From Nitrospirota bacterium (GTDB taxonomy: Bacteria > Nitrospirota > Nitrospiria > Nitrospirales > NS-4): DNA of 64,000 nucleotides. Under the pieces are notes generated by a model. That model did not search any database. It saw nothing but the letters and a program-made list of their open reading frames with translations, and had not been told where the DNA came from. The translations under genes were made by a program, and so were the position numbers. Within the stretch, counting starts at the first letter, position 1. Each line of letters opens with the position of its first letter. Location of the stretch: NCBI GenBank assembly GCA_005877815.1, contig VBOG01000028.1, positions 4,803 to 68,802 on the forward strand. Reading direction: 5' to 3'. This document shows positions 37,402 to 48,117 of the stretch, piece by piece.

Positions 37402-38667
37402 TCACTCAAGAAATGCCGGAATCGTTTCCCCGCGCACGAGATCGTCGTAGTTCTCGCGGGCCCGGACCACATGGAACTCCTTCTCACTGACCAGGACTTC
37501 CGGGACGCGGGGCCGTGAATTATAGTTGGAAGCCATGCTGAAACCATAGGCCCCGGCGCTCATGACAGCGAGCAACTCGCCTGGATCCACCAACGGCATC
37601 ATCCGGTCCTTGGCCAGAAAATCGCCCGATTCACAGATCGGGCCTACGACATCCGCCAGGACGTGCTTTCTGAATTTGTCCCGCATCTCCCGCACCGGCT
37701 TGATCTCATGATACGCCCCATAGAGGGACGGCCTGATCAGGTCGTTCATGGCGGCATCCACGATGATGAAGGTCTTGTCGGGATTGGCCTTGTGATAGAG
37801 CACCTTGGTCATTAACACCCCCGCATTGCCGACGATGGAGCGTCCAGGCTCAAATAGCAGGGTACATTTCAGATCTTTGACCAGCGGGGCGAGGGCCTGA
37901 GACAGGTCCTCTGGTTGCGGAGGCGTCTCGTCCTGATAGGTGATGCCAAGGCCGCCACCCACATTGAGATAGCGGATTTCGACCCTGATCTCCTTGAGCT
38001 GTTCGATCAATTCGAGCATTTTCCGCAGGGCTTCCACGTATGGACTCAGCTGTGTCAATTGGGAGCCGATGTGTTTGTGGACGCCCACAATCTCGATATG
38101 ACGCAGCGTGGACGCGAGCTTGAACTCTTCGAGCGCGCGCTCAGCGCTGATGCCGAACTTGCTCTTCTTGAGACCCGTCGAGATGTAGGGATGGGTCTTC
38201 GGATCAATGTCCGGGTTGATGCGCAGCGCCACGCGGGCTTTCGTTTTGAGGTCACCAGCGACACGATCGATCGCGCGAAGCTCCGCCGACGACTCCACGT
38301 TGAACATGAGGATTCCGGTCTGCAGCGCGTAGCGAATCTCATCATCCGTCTTGCCGACTCCCGCAAACACGATCCGTTGCGGTTCGATGCCGGCCTTCAG
38401 CGCTCGGTACAGTTCCCCGCCAGAGACGATGTCGCCGCCGGCGCCTTCCTTGGCCAGGACCCGCAGAATGGCGAGATTGGAGTTCGCCTTGATTGCATAG
38501 GCCATGATATGGGGGACATCTTTGAACGCCGAGTCGAAGGCTCGGTACTGCCGAATGACACGGGCGCGGCTGTACACATAGCAGGGCGTACCGACCGCTT
38601 CGGCGATCTTCCGAAACGGCACGTCCTCGCAGTAGAATTCGCCGTCCTGGTAGCGGAAATCAGGCAT
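37402..38667 (-). CDS. lysA: diaminopimelate decarboxylase
   Basis: Alanine-racemase-fold PLP decarboxylase (YAIKAN, GGGLGI, CESGD). ATG 38667 overlaps the upstream gene's stop by 8 nt. Confidence 0.9.
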   Translation of the reverse strand: MPDFRYQDGEFYCEDVPFRKIAEAVGTPCYVYSRARVIRQYRAFDSAFKDVPHIMAYAIKANSNLAILRVLAKEGAGGDIVSGGELYRALKAGIEPQRIVFAGVGKTDDEIRYALQTGILMFNVESSAELRAIDRVAGDLKTKARVALRINPDIDPKTHPYISTGLKKSKFGISAERALEEFKLASTLRHIEIVGVHKHIGSQLTQLSPYVEALRKMLELIEQLKEIRVEIRYLNVGGGLGITYQDETPPQPEDLSQALAPLVKDLKCTLLFEPGRSIVGNAGVLMTKVLYHKANPDKTFIIVDAAMNDLIRPSLYGAYHEIKPVREMRDKFRKHVLADVVGPICESGDFLAKDRMMPLVDPGELLAVMSAGAYGFSMASNYNSRPRVPEVLVSEKEFHVVRARENYDDLVRGETIPAFLE

Positions 38668-40531
38668 TCTGCAGTTCCTCTTCCACAAGGTCCGCGTGAA
38701 AGTTCTGCCCGCTCAAGGTATTGCCGAACGTTTCGCTCAGTTTCTGATACCGCACGCGCACCGACGGCGCCGCCTTCTTAAAGAACTCCCCGTCAAGCAA
38801 CGTATGCAGCGCCTGCGGGGTCGCATGGCGCAGGTGCTCGAAGTTCAGGATGATGTCCACTTTGGCTTGGTTCGCAGCAGCGGCAATACGGGTCTTCAGC
38901 TCCGCGGCATTCAAGTGATCGAGCGCGCCTTCAAGCTCGACCATGAGCGCCGTGAGCTTCTCGTGCTTGCGCGTCTTAATGCTGAGGAACTGGTCCACCT
39001 GTCCGGACATCTTCTTGAGCGTCAGGAGTGCGTTCGGAACCGGGTTTTCCATCCGGACCGACGGCAGCTTGGCCTGCAGCGTTTTAATCACCGAGGCGAC
39101 TGGAGTCAGCTCGCCTTTCGGACAGGCCCGGCGGATCACCCGCCGAAACTCCCAATTCATCACGAACCGTGGCACCAACCGCTGGCTGGTATGGGCCAGC
39201 CGCCGGTAAATGTTCGGCAAGGAATAGAAGTGATGCTGCGCCCAGTAGAACCCGTTCTGAAGCTGATCGGCCGTCATGCGGGTCGGCGTGAACGTGACGT
39301 GTTTCCCGTCGTAATGGGACCAGTCGCGGTCGAAAATCCGCCCCCCCGCTTCGTACCGGGCGTGCAGCGGAGTGCCGGGAAGCGGCGTCAGCACGTTGAA
39401 GTAGGCAAGCTCGCAGTGATTGCGAATGAGGAACTCGACCGTCCGCTCGAACACCGATTCGTCGTCGTTGTCGAATCCGAACACGATGCCGGGATTCACC
39501 ATGATCCCATATTTGTGAAACATCTGGATCTCTTCTTCGAACTTCTTCACCTTGTTGAAGGGCTTGTGCGTTTCGCCGAGGCTTTCCTCGAAAATGGACT
39601 CCATGCCGACGAAGACCGACACGCAGCCGCTCTCGGCCGCCAACTTGACCATCTCCTCGTCGTCGCCCAGGAACAACGTGCTCTGGCAGCCCCACTTGAT
39701 GTTGAGCGGCTTGAGCGCGGCCCAGAGTTCACGGCAGTAGGCGCGATTGCTGTTGTGCAGGTCATCCACGAATGCGAAGATCCCGCCATCCTCCACACCA
39801 AACCTGATTTTGGCCGCAATCTTGACCGCTTCAAGCATCGAACCGCGCCCGATCCGCCCCACCAGTTCGTCGCAGACGAAACCTTTGACGCGTTTGATCT
39901 CGGCTATCACCTCTGAAACCGGGCGACGCCGCGTGCTTTTGCCGTTGAAGGGAGAGACGCTGCAGAACTCGCAATCGAAGTGGCACCCGCGGGTCGTGAA
40001 GGTACATTCGCGGGTCATATACGCGTCGTTGGCCAACAAGTCCACCCTCGGGTTCTTGAAATTCTCAAGCGACGGGAAACTCTCCATCTTGTAATGACGC
40101 TGCATCTGGCCCTTTTCAAAGTCTGCGATCACCCGAGGCCAGGAGTCTTCAGCTTCCCCCGTCACGATCGCATCCGCGTGCTGCAACGCCTCGTCAGCGC
40201 AGTACGTCGGATGCACGCCGCCCAGGACAACCTTCACGCCACGCTTGCGAAATTCCGCGGCCAGCTCATAGGCCCGCGGGGCGTAACAGATCATGATCGA
40301 AATACCGACAAGATCGGCGGGATAATCCAGATCGATGTCTCGGACCGCCTCGTCCTGGATTTCGATGTCCCAGTTTTCCGGGGTGTACGCGGCAATCACC
40401 GGAAGACTCAGCTTGGGGAACCAGATCGCTTTCCGCTCGCTCGAGCTCAGATGATACGGGTTGTTCCGCGGATAGGGATCCAGCAGCAATAATTTTCTTC
40501 GCTTCTGCTGCGAGAGTCGCACAAGCTGCAT
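38660..40531 (-). CDS. B12-binding-domain radical SAM enzyme with STAS-like C-terminal tail
   Basis: 623 aa. N-terminal cobalamin-binding-like Rossmann domain, CxxxCxxC motif CHFDCEFC at 39962-39985, and a C-terminal 113 aa (38663-39001) that resemble an anti-sigma-antagonist/STAS pattern. Confidence 0.85.
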   Translation of the reverse strand: MQLVRLSQQKRRKLLLLDPYPRNNPYHLSSSERKAIWFPKLSLPVIAAYTPENWDIEIQDEAVRDIDLDYPADLVGISIMICYAPRAYELAAEFRKRGVKVVLGGVHPTYCADEALQHADAIVTGEAEDSWPRVIADFEKGQMQRHYKMESFPSLENFKNPRVDLLANDAYMTRECTFTTRGCHFDCEFCSVSPFNGKSTRRRPVSEVIAEIKRVKGFVCDELVGRIGRGSMLEAVKIAAKIRFGVEDGGIFAFVDDLHNSNRAYCRELWAALKPLNIKWGCQSTLFLGDDEEMVKLAAESGCVSVFVGMESIFEESLGETHKPFNKVKKFEEEIQMFHKYGIMVNPGIVFGFDNDDESVFERTVEFLIRNHCELAYFNVLTPLPGTPLHARYEAGGRIFDRDWSHYDGKHVTFTPTRMTADQLQNGFYWAQHHFYSLPNIYRRLAHTSQRLVPRFVMNWEFRRVIRRACPKGELTPVASVIKTLQAKLPSVRMENPVPNALLTLKKMSGQVDQFLSIKTRKHEKLTALMVELEGALDHLNAAELKTRIAAAANQAKVDIILNFEHLRHATPQALHTLLDGEFFKKAAPSVRVRYQKLSETFGNTLSGQNFHADLVEEELQNA

Positions 40532-40593
40532 GTCGTCACCTCACCCTGTCATTAGAAATGCGGTTCACTGTGTACGCATCCGGCGTCGAACGC

Positions 40594-40746
40594 TCATTTT
40601 TTATCCGACTGCGCGGGCGCATTTTCGGGAGGCACCGGATTTCCTTTCTTTCCGCAACCCAGAGGACCGACGAGAAAGATTCCCACCGTAAGACATCCGA
40701 CCAGTGCTGTCATCATCAAGCGATCGCCCTTCAGATGTCTGTTCAT
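40594..40746 (-). CDS. 50-aa LptM/YifL-like micro-lipoprotein (not in ORF track)
   Basis: My translation gives [50 protein letters not shown]. The ATG overlaps the argH stop (ATGA). The CG-KKG-P pattern after the Cys and the position upstream of lysA/dapF fit the family. The lipobox is imperfect. Confidence 0.45.
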   Translation of the reverse strand: MNRHLKGDRLMMTALVGCLTVGIFLVGPLGCGKKGNPVPPENAPAQSDKK

Positions 40747-42146
40747 GCTTCGGCCCGCAATTCTCTTTCCAATACCTTGAGTCGCGCCACAACGCGCGTT
40801 CGCGCAGTCCCTCCAATTTGGGATTTTCGCTCGAGCGCGCCTTCCACCGTCAACATATCCAGCGCATCCTTTTCAAAAGCCTTGGAGAACGTGCGTAATT
40901 CCTCCAGCGTGATGCCCATCAGGTCTTCGCCTTGATCCAATCGTGCGCGCACGAGCCGTCCCACGATCGCGTGGGCCGTACGGAAGGCGACGCCTTTCAA
41001 CACTAGATAATCGGCCAGTTCTGTGGCCAGCATGAATCCCGACGCCGCGGCTCGGGCTAGCTCCTCTCGGCGAACGGTCATCTCAGCCACGATCACTGCA
41101 AGCAGTTCCAGGGAGTCAGATGCCGTATCAATCGCGTCGAAAAGCGGCTCCTTATCTTCCTGCAAATCGCGATTGTAACTCAAGGGCAACCCCTTGAGAA
41201 GAGTGAGCACGGCCATCAAATGACCGTAGACGCGCCCCGTCTTTCCCCTGATCAACTCAGGGACGTCGGGATTCTTCTTCTGCGGCATCATACTGCTGCC
41301 GGTACAGACCGAATCCGGAAGGTCCACGAAACCGAACTCCTGGGACGACCACAGGACCAGTTCCTCGGCAAACCGCGAGGCGTGCATCATGACCAGCGAC
41401 AACGCCGATAGTGTCTCCACGACGAAATCGCGGTCGGACACCGTATCGAGACTATTGGCGCTGACCATCGGGAAGTTCAGTAAGCGCGCCGTATATTCGC
41501 GGTCTACGGGATAGTTCGTGCCTGCCAAAGCCCCTGCGCCAAGCGGCAGGACATTGATGCGTCGCAGCGCGTCACGGAGCCGTCCTTTGTCGCGCTCGGC
41601 CATCTCGACATACGCGAGCAGGTGGTGCGCAAAAAGGACCGGCTGGGCCCGCTGCAGATGCGTATACCCTGGCATCACCGTTCCGGCTTCGCGGCGGGCC
41701 AGGCTGACGAGGCTCAGTTCCCACTGCCGCAGAAGCCCAAGCAGTTCGACGACCGCTTCGCGCAGGTACAACCTGAGATCGAGAACGACCTGATCGTTGC
41801 GGCTCCGCCCGGTGTGCAGCTTCCCGCCGACCTCTCCGACCAGTTCTGTTAAGCGCGCTTCAATTGCCATGTGAATGTCTTCATATTCTGGCCGGAACTT
41901 GAATCGTCCGCCACGGATTTCCGCCTCCACCTGCTGAAGCCCTGTGATCAGCTTCGAGGTCTCTTTCGCGCTCAAGACGCCGGCGCGCTGGAGTGCCCGG
42001 CAATGGGCCATACTACCGGCGATGTCATGCCGATACAGCCGGCGGTCGATCGCGACCGAAGAGGTAAAGGCCTCCACGCGGGGATCCGTCCCGGCCTTAA
42101 AGCGGCCGGCCCATGGCTTTTTGGGAACGATCTTGCGCACCGTCAT
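40743..42146 (-). CDS. argH: argininosuccinate lyase
   Basis: 467 aa of the fumarate-lyase family, with signature [12 protein letters not shown]. Confidence 0.95.
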   Translation of the reverse strand: MTVRKIVPKKPWAGRFKAGTDPRVEAFTSSVAIDRRLYRHDIAGSMAHCRALQRAGVLSAKETSKLITGLQQVEAEIRGGRFKFRPEYEDIHMAIEARLTELVGEVGGKLHTGRSRNDQVVLDLRLYLREAVVELLGLLRQWELSLVSLARREAGTVMPGYTHLQRAQPVLFAHHLLAYVEMAERDKGRLRDALRRINVLPLGAGALAGTNYPVDREYTARLLNFPMVSANSLDTVSDRDFVVETLSALSLVMMHASRFAEELVLWSSQEFGFVDLPDSVCTGSSMMPQKKNPDVPELIRGKTGRVYGHLMAVLTLLKGLPLSYNRDLQEDKEPLFDAIDTASDSLELLAVIVAEMTVRREELARAAASGFMLATELADYLVLKGVAFRTAHAIVGRLVRARLDQGEDLMGITLEELRTFSKAFEKDALDMLTVEGALERKSQIGGTARTRVVARLKVLERELRAEA

Positions 42147-43375
42147 CCCCGCCCTATGCCCTTGGTCTTCGTGCGGGCCGCCCTGATCGCCAGGCGCAGT
42201 CCATTGAGACGGATAAAGCCTTCCGCGTCCTTCTGCCGATAGACGTCATCCTCCTCGAAGGTCGCCATATCGAGACGGTACAGCGACCGCGGCGACCGGC
42301 GGCCGACAACACTGCAGGAGCCCTTGTAGAGCTTGAGGCGCGCCGTACCGGTGACGTCCCGTTGCGCCTCGTCCATCGCAGCCTGAAGCATTTCGCGCTC
42401 CGGGGCGTTCCAATATCCGTAGTAAATCATCTCGGCGTACCGCGGGATGAGAGACTCGCGCAGGTGCAGAACCTCCCGGTCGAGCGTGAGCGATTCCACC
42501 GCCCGGTGCGCGACATGCAGTATCGTCCCGCCGGGCGTCTCGTACACCCCGCGTGATTTCATGCCCACATAGCGATTTTCGACCAGATCCACCCGTCCCA
42601 CTCCGTGGGCTCCGCCCACATCATTGAGATGCGACAGCAAGGCAGCCGGCGACAACAGCTTGCCGTTGACCGCTACTGGATCGCCCTGTTCGTAATCAAT
42701 TTCGAGGTAGACAGGTTTTGCCGGAGCCTTGTCGGGGGAGACGGTCATTTGAAAAATTTCCTCCGGCGCCTCCTCCCATGGGTCCTCCAGAATGCCCCCC
42801 TCATAGCTCACATGGAAGTGATTGCGGTCCGTGCTGTAAGGCTTGTCCTTCGTCGCCGTCACGGGGATGCCATGGCGCTTGGCATATTCGATGAGATCGC
42901 GCCGGGAACGAAAGGTCCATTCCCGCCACGGGGCAATGATCTTGATCGAAGGATTCAGGGCCAGATACGTCAACTCGAACCGCATCTGATCGTTGCCCTT
43001 GCCCGTGGCTCCGTGTGCGACGGCGTCGGTCCCTTCCCGTTCGGCGATTTCAATCTGGCGACGGGCGATCAGCGGCCGAGCGATGGAAGTGCCGAGCAGA
43101 TACGTACCTTCGTAGACGACATTGGCGCGAAGCATCGGGAAAATATAGTCGCGGACGAAGGTTTCGCGAAGGTCCTCGATGTACACCTTACTGGCGCCCA
43201 TTTTCATCGCCTTGGCCTTCACGGCCCTCATGTCCTCACCTTGACCGAGGTCGGCACAGAACGCGATCACCTGGTAGCCGAGGGTCTCGCGCATCCACTT
43301 TAGGATGACGGAGGTGTCGAGGCCGCCGGAATACGCCAGCACAACTTTTTTGACGGGAGCGTCTCCGTGGGACAT
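42143..43375 (-). CDS. argG: argininosuccinate synthase
   Basis: 410 aa with AYSGGLDTS and GATGKGNDQ. Confidence 0.95.
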   Translation of the reverse strand: MSHGDAPVKKVVLAYSGGLDTSVILKWMRETLGYQVIAFCADLGQGEDMRAVKAKAMKMGASKVYIEDLRETFVRDYIFPMLRANVVYEGTYLLGTSIARPLIARRQIEIAEREGTDAVAHGATGKGNDQMRFELTYLALNPSIKIIAPWREWTFRSRRDLIEYAKRHGIPVTATKDKPYSTDRNHFHVSYEGGILEDPWEEAPEEIFQMTVSPDKAPAKPVYLEIDYEQGDPVAVNGKLLSPAALLSHLNDVGGAHGVGRVDLVENRYVGMKSRGVYETPGGTILHVAHRAVESLTLDREVLHLRESLIPRYAEMIYYGYWNAPEREMLQAAMDEAQRDVTGTARLKLYKGSCSVVGRRSPRSLYRLDMATFEEDDVYRQKDAEGFIRLNGLRLAIRAARTKTKGIGRG

Positions 43376-43379
43376 GGGG

Positions 43380-44315
43380 TCAGCGATCCTTCAGAAGCCG
43401 GATAAGAATGGCCTTCTGCACATGCAGCCGATTTTCAGCCTGATCGAGGATCACGGAGTGAGGGCCATCCAGGACAGCGGTCGTGATTTCCTGCCCACGA
43501 TGGGCCGGCAAGCAATGCATGACGATGGCATCGGGTTTGGCGGAGGCCAATAGCCGCTCATTCAACTGATAGGGATTCAACACCTTGACTCGTCGTGCCT
43601 GTTCTTTCTCCTGCCCCATGCTGGTCCAGACATCTGTATACAAGACGTCGGCACCTTTTACCGCCACAAACGGGTCGCGGAGAATCTCAATCGCGGCGCC
43701 GGTCCGATGCGCGCGTTCACGCGCCCAGTCCACAATTGAGGCATCCGGTTCATAGCCCGAGGGACAGGCGACGCTGATGGCCATCCCCATGATCGCCGCG
43801 CCCTCGAGAAGCGAATTCGCCACGTTGTTGCCGTCCCCCACGTAGGCGATCTTGACGCCTTTCAGCCACCGCTTTTTCTCACGCACCGTGAACAGATCCG
43901 CCAGGACCTGACAGGGATGGTGAAGATCGGTCAGTCCATTAATCACAGGGATCGTCGCGTTTCGGGCCCATTCTTCAACGGTATGATGCTCGTAGGAGCG
44001 TATGACCAATCCGTCGAGGTAGCGGGACAGCACCTTCGCCGTATCCGAAATGCTTTCCCCGCGGCGCATTTGAATGTCGCTGACTGAAAGAAACAACGAT
44101 TGACCGCCGAGTTGGTTCATCCCCGTTTCGAACGACACACGGGTACGCGTCGATGGCTTTTCGAAGAACAGACCAAGCGTTTTCCCGCTCAGTCTCTGCG
44201 TCGGGAGGGCGCGCCGGCGCATGGCCTTCAACTGGGCCGCTTCCCGAAAGATCGACTGCATCACCTCGCGCGAAAGATCGTGGACCGTCAATAGATGGGT
44301 CTGGTGCGGGGTCAT
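43380..44315 (-). CDS. argF: ornithine carbamoyltransferase
   Basis: 311 aa with the [13 protein letters not shown] and DVWTSMG motifs. Confidence 0.95.
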   Translation of the reverse strand: MTPHQTHLLTVHDLSREVMQSIFREAAQLKAMRRRALPTQRLSGKTLGLFFEKPSTRTRVSFETGMNQLGGQSLFLSVSDIQMRRGESISDTAKVLSRYLDGLVIRSYEHHTVEEWARNATIPVINGLTDLHHPCQVLADLFTVREKKRWLKGVKIAYVGDGNNVANSLLEGAAIMGMAISVACPSGYEPDASIVDWARERAHRTGAAIEILRDPFVAVKGADVLYTDVWTSMGQEKEQARRVKVLNPYQLNERLLASAKPDAIVMHCLPAHRGQEITTAVLDGPHSVILDQAENRLHVQKAILIRLLKDR

Positions 44316-45508
44316 CGGCTCGCCTGAATCACGTCACCGAGCGTAGCGACGACCCGATCTATCTCAGACTGGCTCACGATAAGCGGGGGGACAAAACGCA
44401 GGACACGATCACTTGTCGCATTCGCCAGCACACCGCGCTTACGAAGACCCTCCACCAATTCCCGTGCATCGCAGGAAACCTCGATGCCGATCAACAGTCC
44501 CATCCCGCGAATCTCCTTGATGGTCGGACATCCGCCTTGAAGATCTTCAAGCGATTTTCGGAAGTGCTCACCCATCCGGGCGCAGTGTCCAAGGATATCC
44601 TGGTCCTCCAGGATGACCTCCAGCACCGCCACTGCCGCCGCGCAGGCTAACGGGTTGCCTCCGAACGTGGATGCATGGCTGCCCGGCACAAATACTTTCG
44701 CCACAGCATCGGTAGCAAGACAGGCGCCGATCGCGACCCCGCCGCCCAATCCTTTGGCTAGCGTCATGACGTCGGGCGCGAGGCCGAAGTGCTCATAGGC
44801 GAAGAGCCGGCCCGTACGGCCAATGCCGGTCTGGACTTCATCGAACATGAGCAGCGCGCCGCGTTCCGAACAAATGTCCCGACAGGCCTTGAGATAACCC
44901 TGCGTCGCAACCCATACCCCGCCCTCACCTTGGACGGGTTCTAGAAGCACCGCCGCTGTTTTCGTCGTCACGGCCTGACTGAGTGCCTCCACATCATTGA
45001 ACGGAACGTACCGGAACCCCTCCGGCAATGGTTCATACCCTTTTTGCACCTTGTCCTGACCGGTCGCCGTCAGCGTGGCAAGCGTCCGGCCGTGAAAAGA
45101 ATTCACCATGGAGACAATTTCAAACCGTCCCGCTCCATCACGCTCATGCGCCCAACGACGCGCGAGCTTGATCGCCGCCTCGTTAGCTTCGGCGCCGCTA
45201 TTGCAAAAGAACACTTTGTCGGCAAACGAATGGTCAACGAGCACACGAGCCAGGCTTATTTGTGGCTCTGTGTAGAACAAATTCGACGCATGCAACAAGC
45301 TCTGCGCCTGCTTCTGGATCGCGAGAGTCACTTTGGGATGGCAATGCCCAAGCGCGTTAACAGCGATACCCGCGAGAAAATCGAGGTATTCCCGGCCTTC
45401 CATGTCATAGACGCGAGTGCCGTGCCCACGGGAAATTCCGACAGGGTACCGGGTATAGGTGTTCATCAAGTACTGGCGGGCGCCTTGTACCAGTTCTTCG
45501 GTCAGCAT
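44312..45508 (-). CDS. argD: acetylornithine aminotransferase
   Basis: 398-aa class III aminotransferase (FDEVQTGIGRTG, LAKGLGGG). First gene of the arg string. Confidence 0.9.
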   Translation of the reverse strand: MLTEELVQGARQYLMNTYTRYPVGISRGHGTRVYDMEGREYLDFLAGIAVNALGHCHPKVTLAIQKQAQSLLHASNLFYTEPQISLARVLVDHSFADKVFFCNSGAEANEAAIKLARRWAHERDGAGRFEIVSMVNSFHGRTLATLTATGQDKVQKGYEPLPEGFRYVPFNDVEALSQAVTTKTAAVLLEPVQGEGGVWVATQGYLKACRDICSERGALLMFDEVQTGIGRTGRLFAYEHFGLAPDVMTLAKGLGGGVAIGACLATDAVAKVFVPGSHASTFGGNPLACAAAVAVLEVILEDQDILGHCARMGEHFRKSLEDLQGGCPTIKEIRGMGLLIGIEVSCDARELVEGLRKRGVLANATSDRVLRFVPPLIVSQSEIDRVVATLGDVIQASR

Positions 45509-45603
45509 GGTTGTGCCTGGAGTTAAGGTCTAGAGGTTAGCATAAAAACCGTCCCCAACGCAACATAAGACCAAGAAAAATAAAGCCTTTGACCCGTCAC
45601 GTC

Positions 45604-45644
45604 GAAAATGAAAGGGGCTCACGGCCATACAGTCGTGAGCCCCT
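45604..45644 (-). terminator. rho-independent terminator after grxD
   Basis: 11-bp stem AGGGGCTCACG / CGTGAGCCCCT (45613-45644), followed on the minus strand by TTTCATTTTC. Confidence 0.6.
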
Positions 45645-45671
45645 GAAATCGTTTGTGAGAGACGATTACGG

Positions 45672-45995
45672 CTACTTGAATGCTTCCTTGAGCAGGGGCT
45701 CAATCTCTCCCTTTTTCTCCATCGGATCAAGGATGTCCGTATCGCCATAGAACTTTCCATTGATGAACACCTTCGGTAACGTGGGCCAGTTGGTCATTTT
45801 GGTCAGGGCTTCTCGTTTGGCCGGGTTCGGAAGGGCGTCGATCAATTCATAGGGATAGCCATATTTGTCGAAGAACTGCATCGTTTCCCTGGTGAATCCG
45901 CACATAGGCGCTGCTTTGGTCCCCTTACCATAAATTAAAATTTTATGGGTTTTAATTTCTCGCTCGATCTCCTCAATGATCGGATCTGCCGCCAT
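45672..45995 (-). CDS. grxD: monothiol glutaredoxin (Grx4 family)
   Basis: 107 aa with CGFT active site, WPTLPKVFINGKFYGDTDI. Confidence 0.85.
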   Translation of the reverse strand: MAADPIIEEIEREIKTHKILIYGKGTKAAPMCGFTRETMQFFDKYGYPYELIDALPNPAKREALTKMTNWPTLPKVFINGKFYGDTDILDPMEKKGEIEPLLKEAFK

Positions 45996-46011
45996 GACAA
46001 CCTCCCTCTAG

Positions 46012-46251
46012 CTATACGCCGTCTGTTGTTTCTGCTTTGATTTCAAGCGCGTGAATGCGGCCGTCTTTCATTGGTTCGGCCAACGCGCTATAGACGAGTC
46101 GGTGCCGGTCAAGCAGGTTTTTCCCTTTGAATGCGTCCGACACCACTCGAATGTTGAAGTGGTCCATTGTCCCTGTCCGGTCCGTGACCGAGACCGACGC
46201 GTCAGGCATAGCCTGTTGGATATATTTTGTGAGCGTTTCCGTGGTGATCAT
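46012..46251 (-). CDS. BolA family protein
   Basis: 79 aa with HFNIRVVSDAFKGK...HRLVY. The bolA-grx pairing is conserved. Confidence 0.8.
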   Translation of the reverse strand: MITTETLTKYIQQAMPDASVSVTDRTGTMDHFNIRVVSDAFKGKNLLDRHRLVYSALAEPMKDGRIHALEIKAETTDGV

Positions 46252-46319
46252 GGAATCTCAGTTTAAGAGAAGTATCCCCTCGGCCCCGATATCAAGCGGC
46301 CAGCACCGCTCGCAAGCTT

Positions 46320-46395
46320 TGGTGGAGGGTAGGGGATTTGAACCCCCGACCCCGACGTTGCGAACGTCGTGCTCTCCCAGCTGAGCTAACCCCCC
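46320..46395 (-). tRNA. tRNA-Ala (anticodon CGC), CCA encoded
   Basis: Cloverleaf folded by hand: acceptor GGGGGGT/ACCCTCC with G3:U70, D-arm GCTC/GAGC, anticodon stem CGACG/CGTCG with loop TTCGCAA, and T-arm GGGGG-TTCAAAT-CCCCT. Confidence 0.9.
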
Positions 46396-46457
46396 ATCCC
46401 CGCCGATTTCGAATATGGAGTATACAACAGTCGTAGAGACGGCACCAAGAGCGTCGT

Positions 46458-47066
46458 TTAACGAATTCGTACGCGTCGTCCCTCGACCAGGAGACGGTTT
46501 TCCGCATACAATTGAATAGCCTCCGGATAGAGCCGGTGCTCTTCCAGGAGGATGCGGGCAGATAAGGATTCTTCCGTATCGTCCTCATATACAGGCACAG
46601 TCGCTTGGCGAATGATCGGCCCCGCGTCCACTCCCTCCGTGACGAAGTGCACGGTGCAGCCGGCCATTTTCACCCCCCACTCAAGGGCCTGGCGCTGCGC
46701 CGCCAACCCAGGAAATGAGGGGAGCAAGGAAGGATGAATATTCATCATCCGATTAGAATAGGCGTCAAGGAGTATCGGCGTTACGATCTTCATGTAACCG
46801 GCTAACACAACCAGTTCCACATCATGCTTTCGCAAGCACTCCAAGATGGCGCCATCGTAAGCTTCCCGGCCGGAGGTGGCTTTGGGATCGAGAAATATCG
46901 CCGGCGTGCCACAGCGCCTGGCTCTTTCGAGGGCTGGCGCGTCAGCTTTATTGCTGATGACTACTGCCAGAACGGCATTGAGCCGCCTCTGGTCAATCGC
47001 ATCAATGATGGCTTGAAGATTGGACCCTCGTCCTGAGGCCAGGACGCCGAGCCGGAGATTAGACAT
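46458..47066 (-). CDS. purN: phosphoribosylglycinamide formyltransferase
   Basis: N-terminal [19 protein letters not shown], then [12 protein letters not shown] 47066 overlaps the purM end by 8 nt. Confidence 0.9.
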   Translation of the reverse strand: MSNLRLGVLASGRGSNLQAIIDAIDQRRLNAVLAVVISNKADAPALERARRCGTPAIFLDPKATSGREAYDGAILECLRKHDVELVVLAGYMKIVTPILLDAYSNRMMNIHPSLLPSFPGLAAQRQALEWGVKMAGCTVHFVTEGVDAGPIIRQATVPVYEDDTEESLSARILLEEHRLYPEAIQLYAENRLLVEGRRVRIR

Positions 47067-48117
47067 ACCGGACAGCGCGTTCACCCTTTTCAATCTCGCC
47101 GATTCTGTAGGCCGTATCCCCTGAGTCATGCGCAAGCCGGATGACATCGGAGGCGGCTTGCGGGGGAACAATGAGGACTAAGCCAATGCCAAGGTTAAAC
47201 ACACGAGCCATTTCCTCCGGCTCGACTTTTCCCCGCCCCTGGATGAGGTCGAAGATTGCCGGCCGTGGCCATGCGGCCCTGGTAATGGTCGCCGAGCAGC
47301 CCTCTGGAAGAACACGAGGCACATTCTCCGTCAAGCCGCCGCCCGTGATATGGGCCATGCCATGAATTTCAAAAGATCGCACAAGGGCAAGAATCGTTCT
47401 AACATAAATCCTTGTCGGCTGGAGTAGGACATCTCCCAGCGCGTCACCCAGCCCCTGGGGCTGCTCATCGAGGGCCATCCCGCCTTCGTCCAGCAATACG
47501 CGGCGGGCAAGCGAGTACCCATTGCTGTGCAATCCACTGGATGCAAGGCCGATGACAATATCGCCGTGCTCCACGCGGCTACCATCGATCATGCGATCCC
47601 GTTCAACGACCCCGACCGCGAAGCCGGCCAGGTCATATTCTCCTGCGGCATAGAACCCCGGCATCTCGGCAGTCTCCCCCCCGATGAGTGCGCAGCCCGC
47701 CTGGCGACAGCCGTCGGCAATGCCGGAAATGATGGTCTCCGCTTGACCGACCACCAATTTTCCGACCGCCAGGTAGTCCAAAAAAAACAATGGCTCGGCT
47801 CCGCACACAGCCACATCGTTCGCACACATGGCAACAAGGTCGATTCCCACGGTTCCATGTCGTCCGGTGAGAAAGGCAATTTTTAGCTTTGTGCCGACAC
47901 CGTCGGTTCCCGACACTAAAACCGGATCACGATAGGCTTTGGAATCAAAGCGGAACAATCCCCCGAAGCCTCCGATATCAGTGAGGACTTCACGCCGGAA
48001 GGTCGAGCGGACGATAGGTCGAATCCGCCGGACCACCTCATTGCCGGCTTCGATATCAACCCCTGATTTTTTATAATCCATCGAATCAATGACACTCTTT
48101 GGCGAATCGGACGGCAT
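47059..48117 (-). CDS. purM: phosphoribosylformylglycinamidine cyclo-ligase
   Basis: [19 protein letters not shown] and other PurM-typical segments. The start could also be ATG 48081. Confidence 0.9.
   Translation of the reverse strand: MPSDSPKSVIDSMDYKKSGVDIEAGNEVVRRIRPIVRSTFRREVLTDIGGFGGLFRFDSKAYRDPVLVSGTDGVGTKLKIAFLTGRHGTVGIDLVAMCANDVAVCGAEPLFFLDYLAVGKLVVGQAETIISGIADGCRQAGCALIGGETAEMPGFYAAGEYDLAGFAVGVVERDRMIDGSRVEHGDIVIGLASSGLHSNGYSLARRVLLDEGGMALDEQPQGLGDALGDVLLQPTRIYVRTILALVRSFEIHGMAHITGGGLTENVPRVLPEGCSATITRAAWPRPAIFDLIQGRGKVEPEEMARVFNLGIGLVLIVPPQAASDVIRLAHDSGDTAYRIGEIEKGERAVRYV

Noticed and set aside
38696-39916. 406-aa plus-strand ORF
   Set aside because: It is antisense to the radical SAM gene, which carries a clear CxxxCxxC motif and B12-binding domain. 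The same reasoning rejects other long antisense ORFs: 4328-5326, 18006-19079, 19154-20071, 20620-21393, 50030-51088, 51942-52895, 57550-58533, 59262-60527 and 62867-63751.
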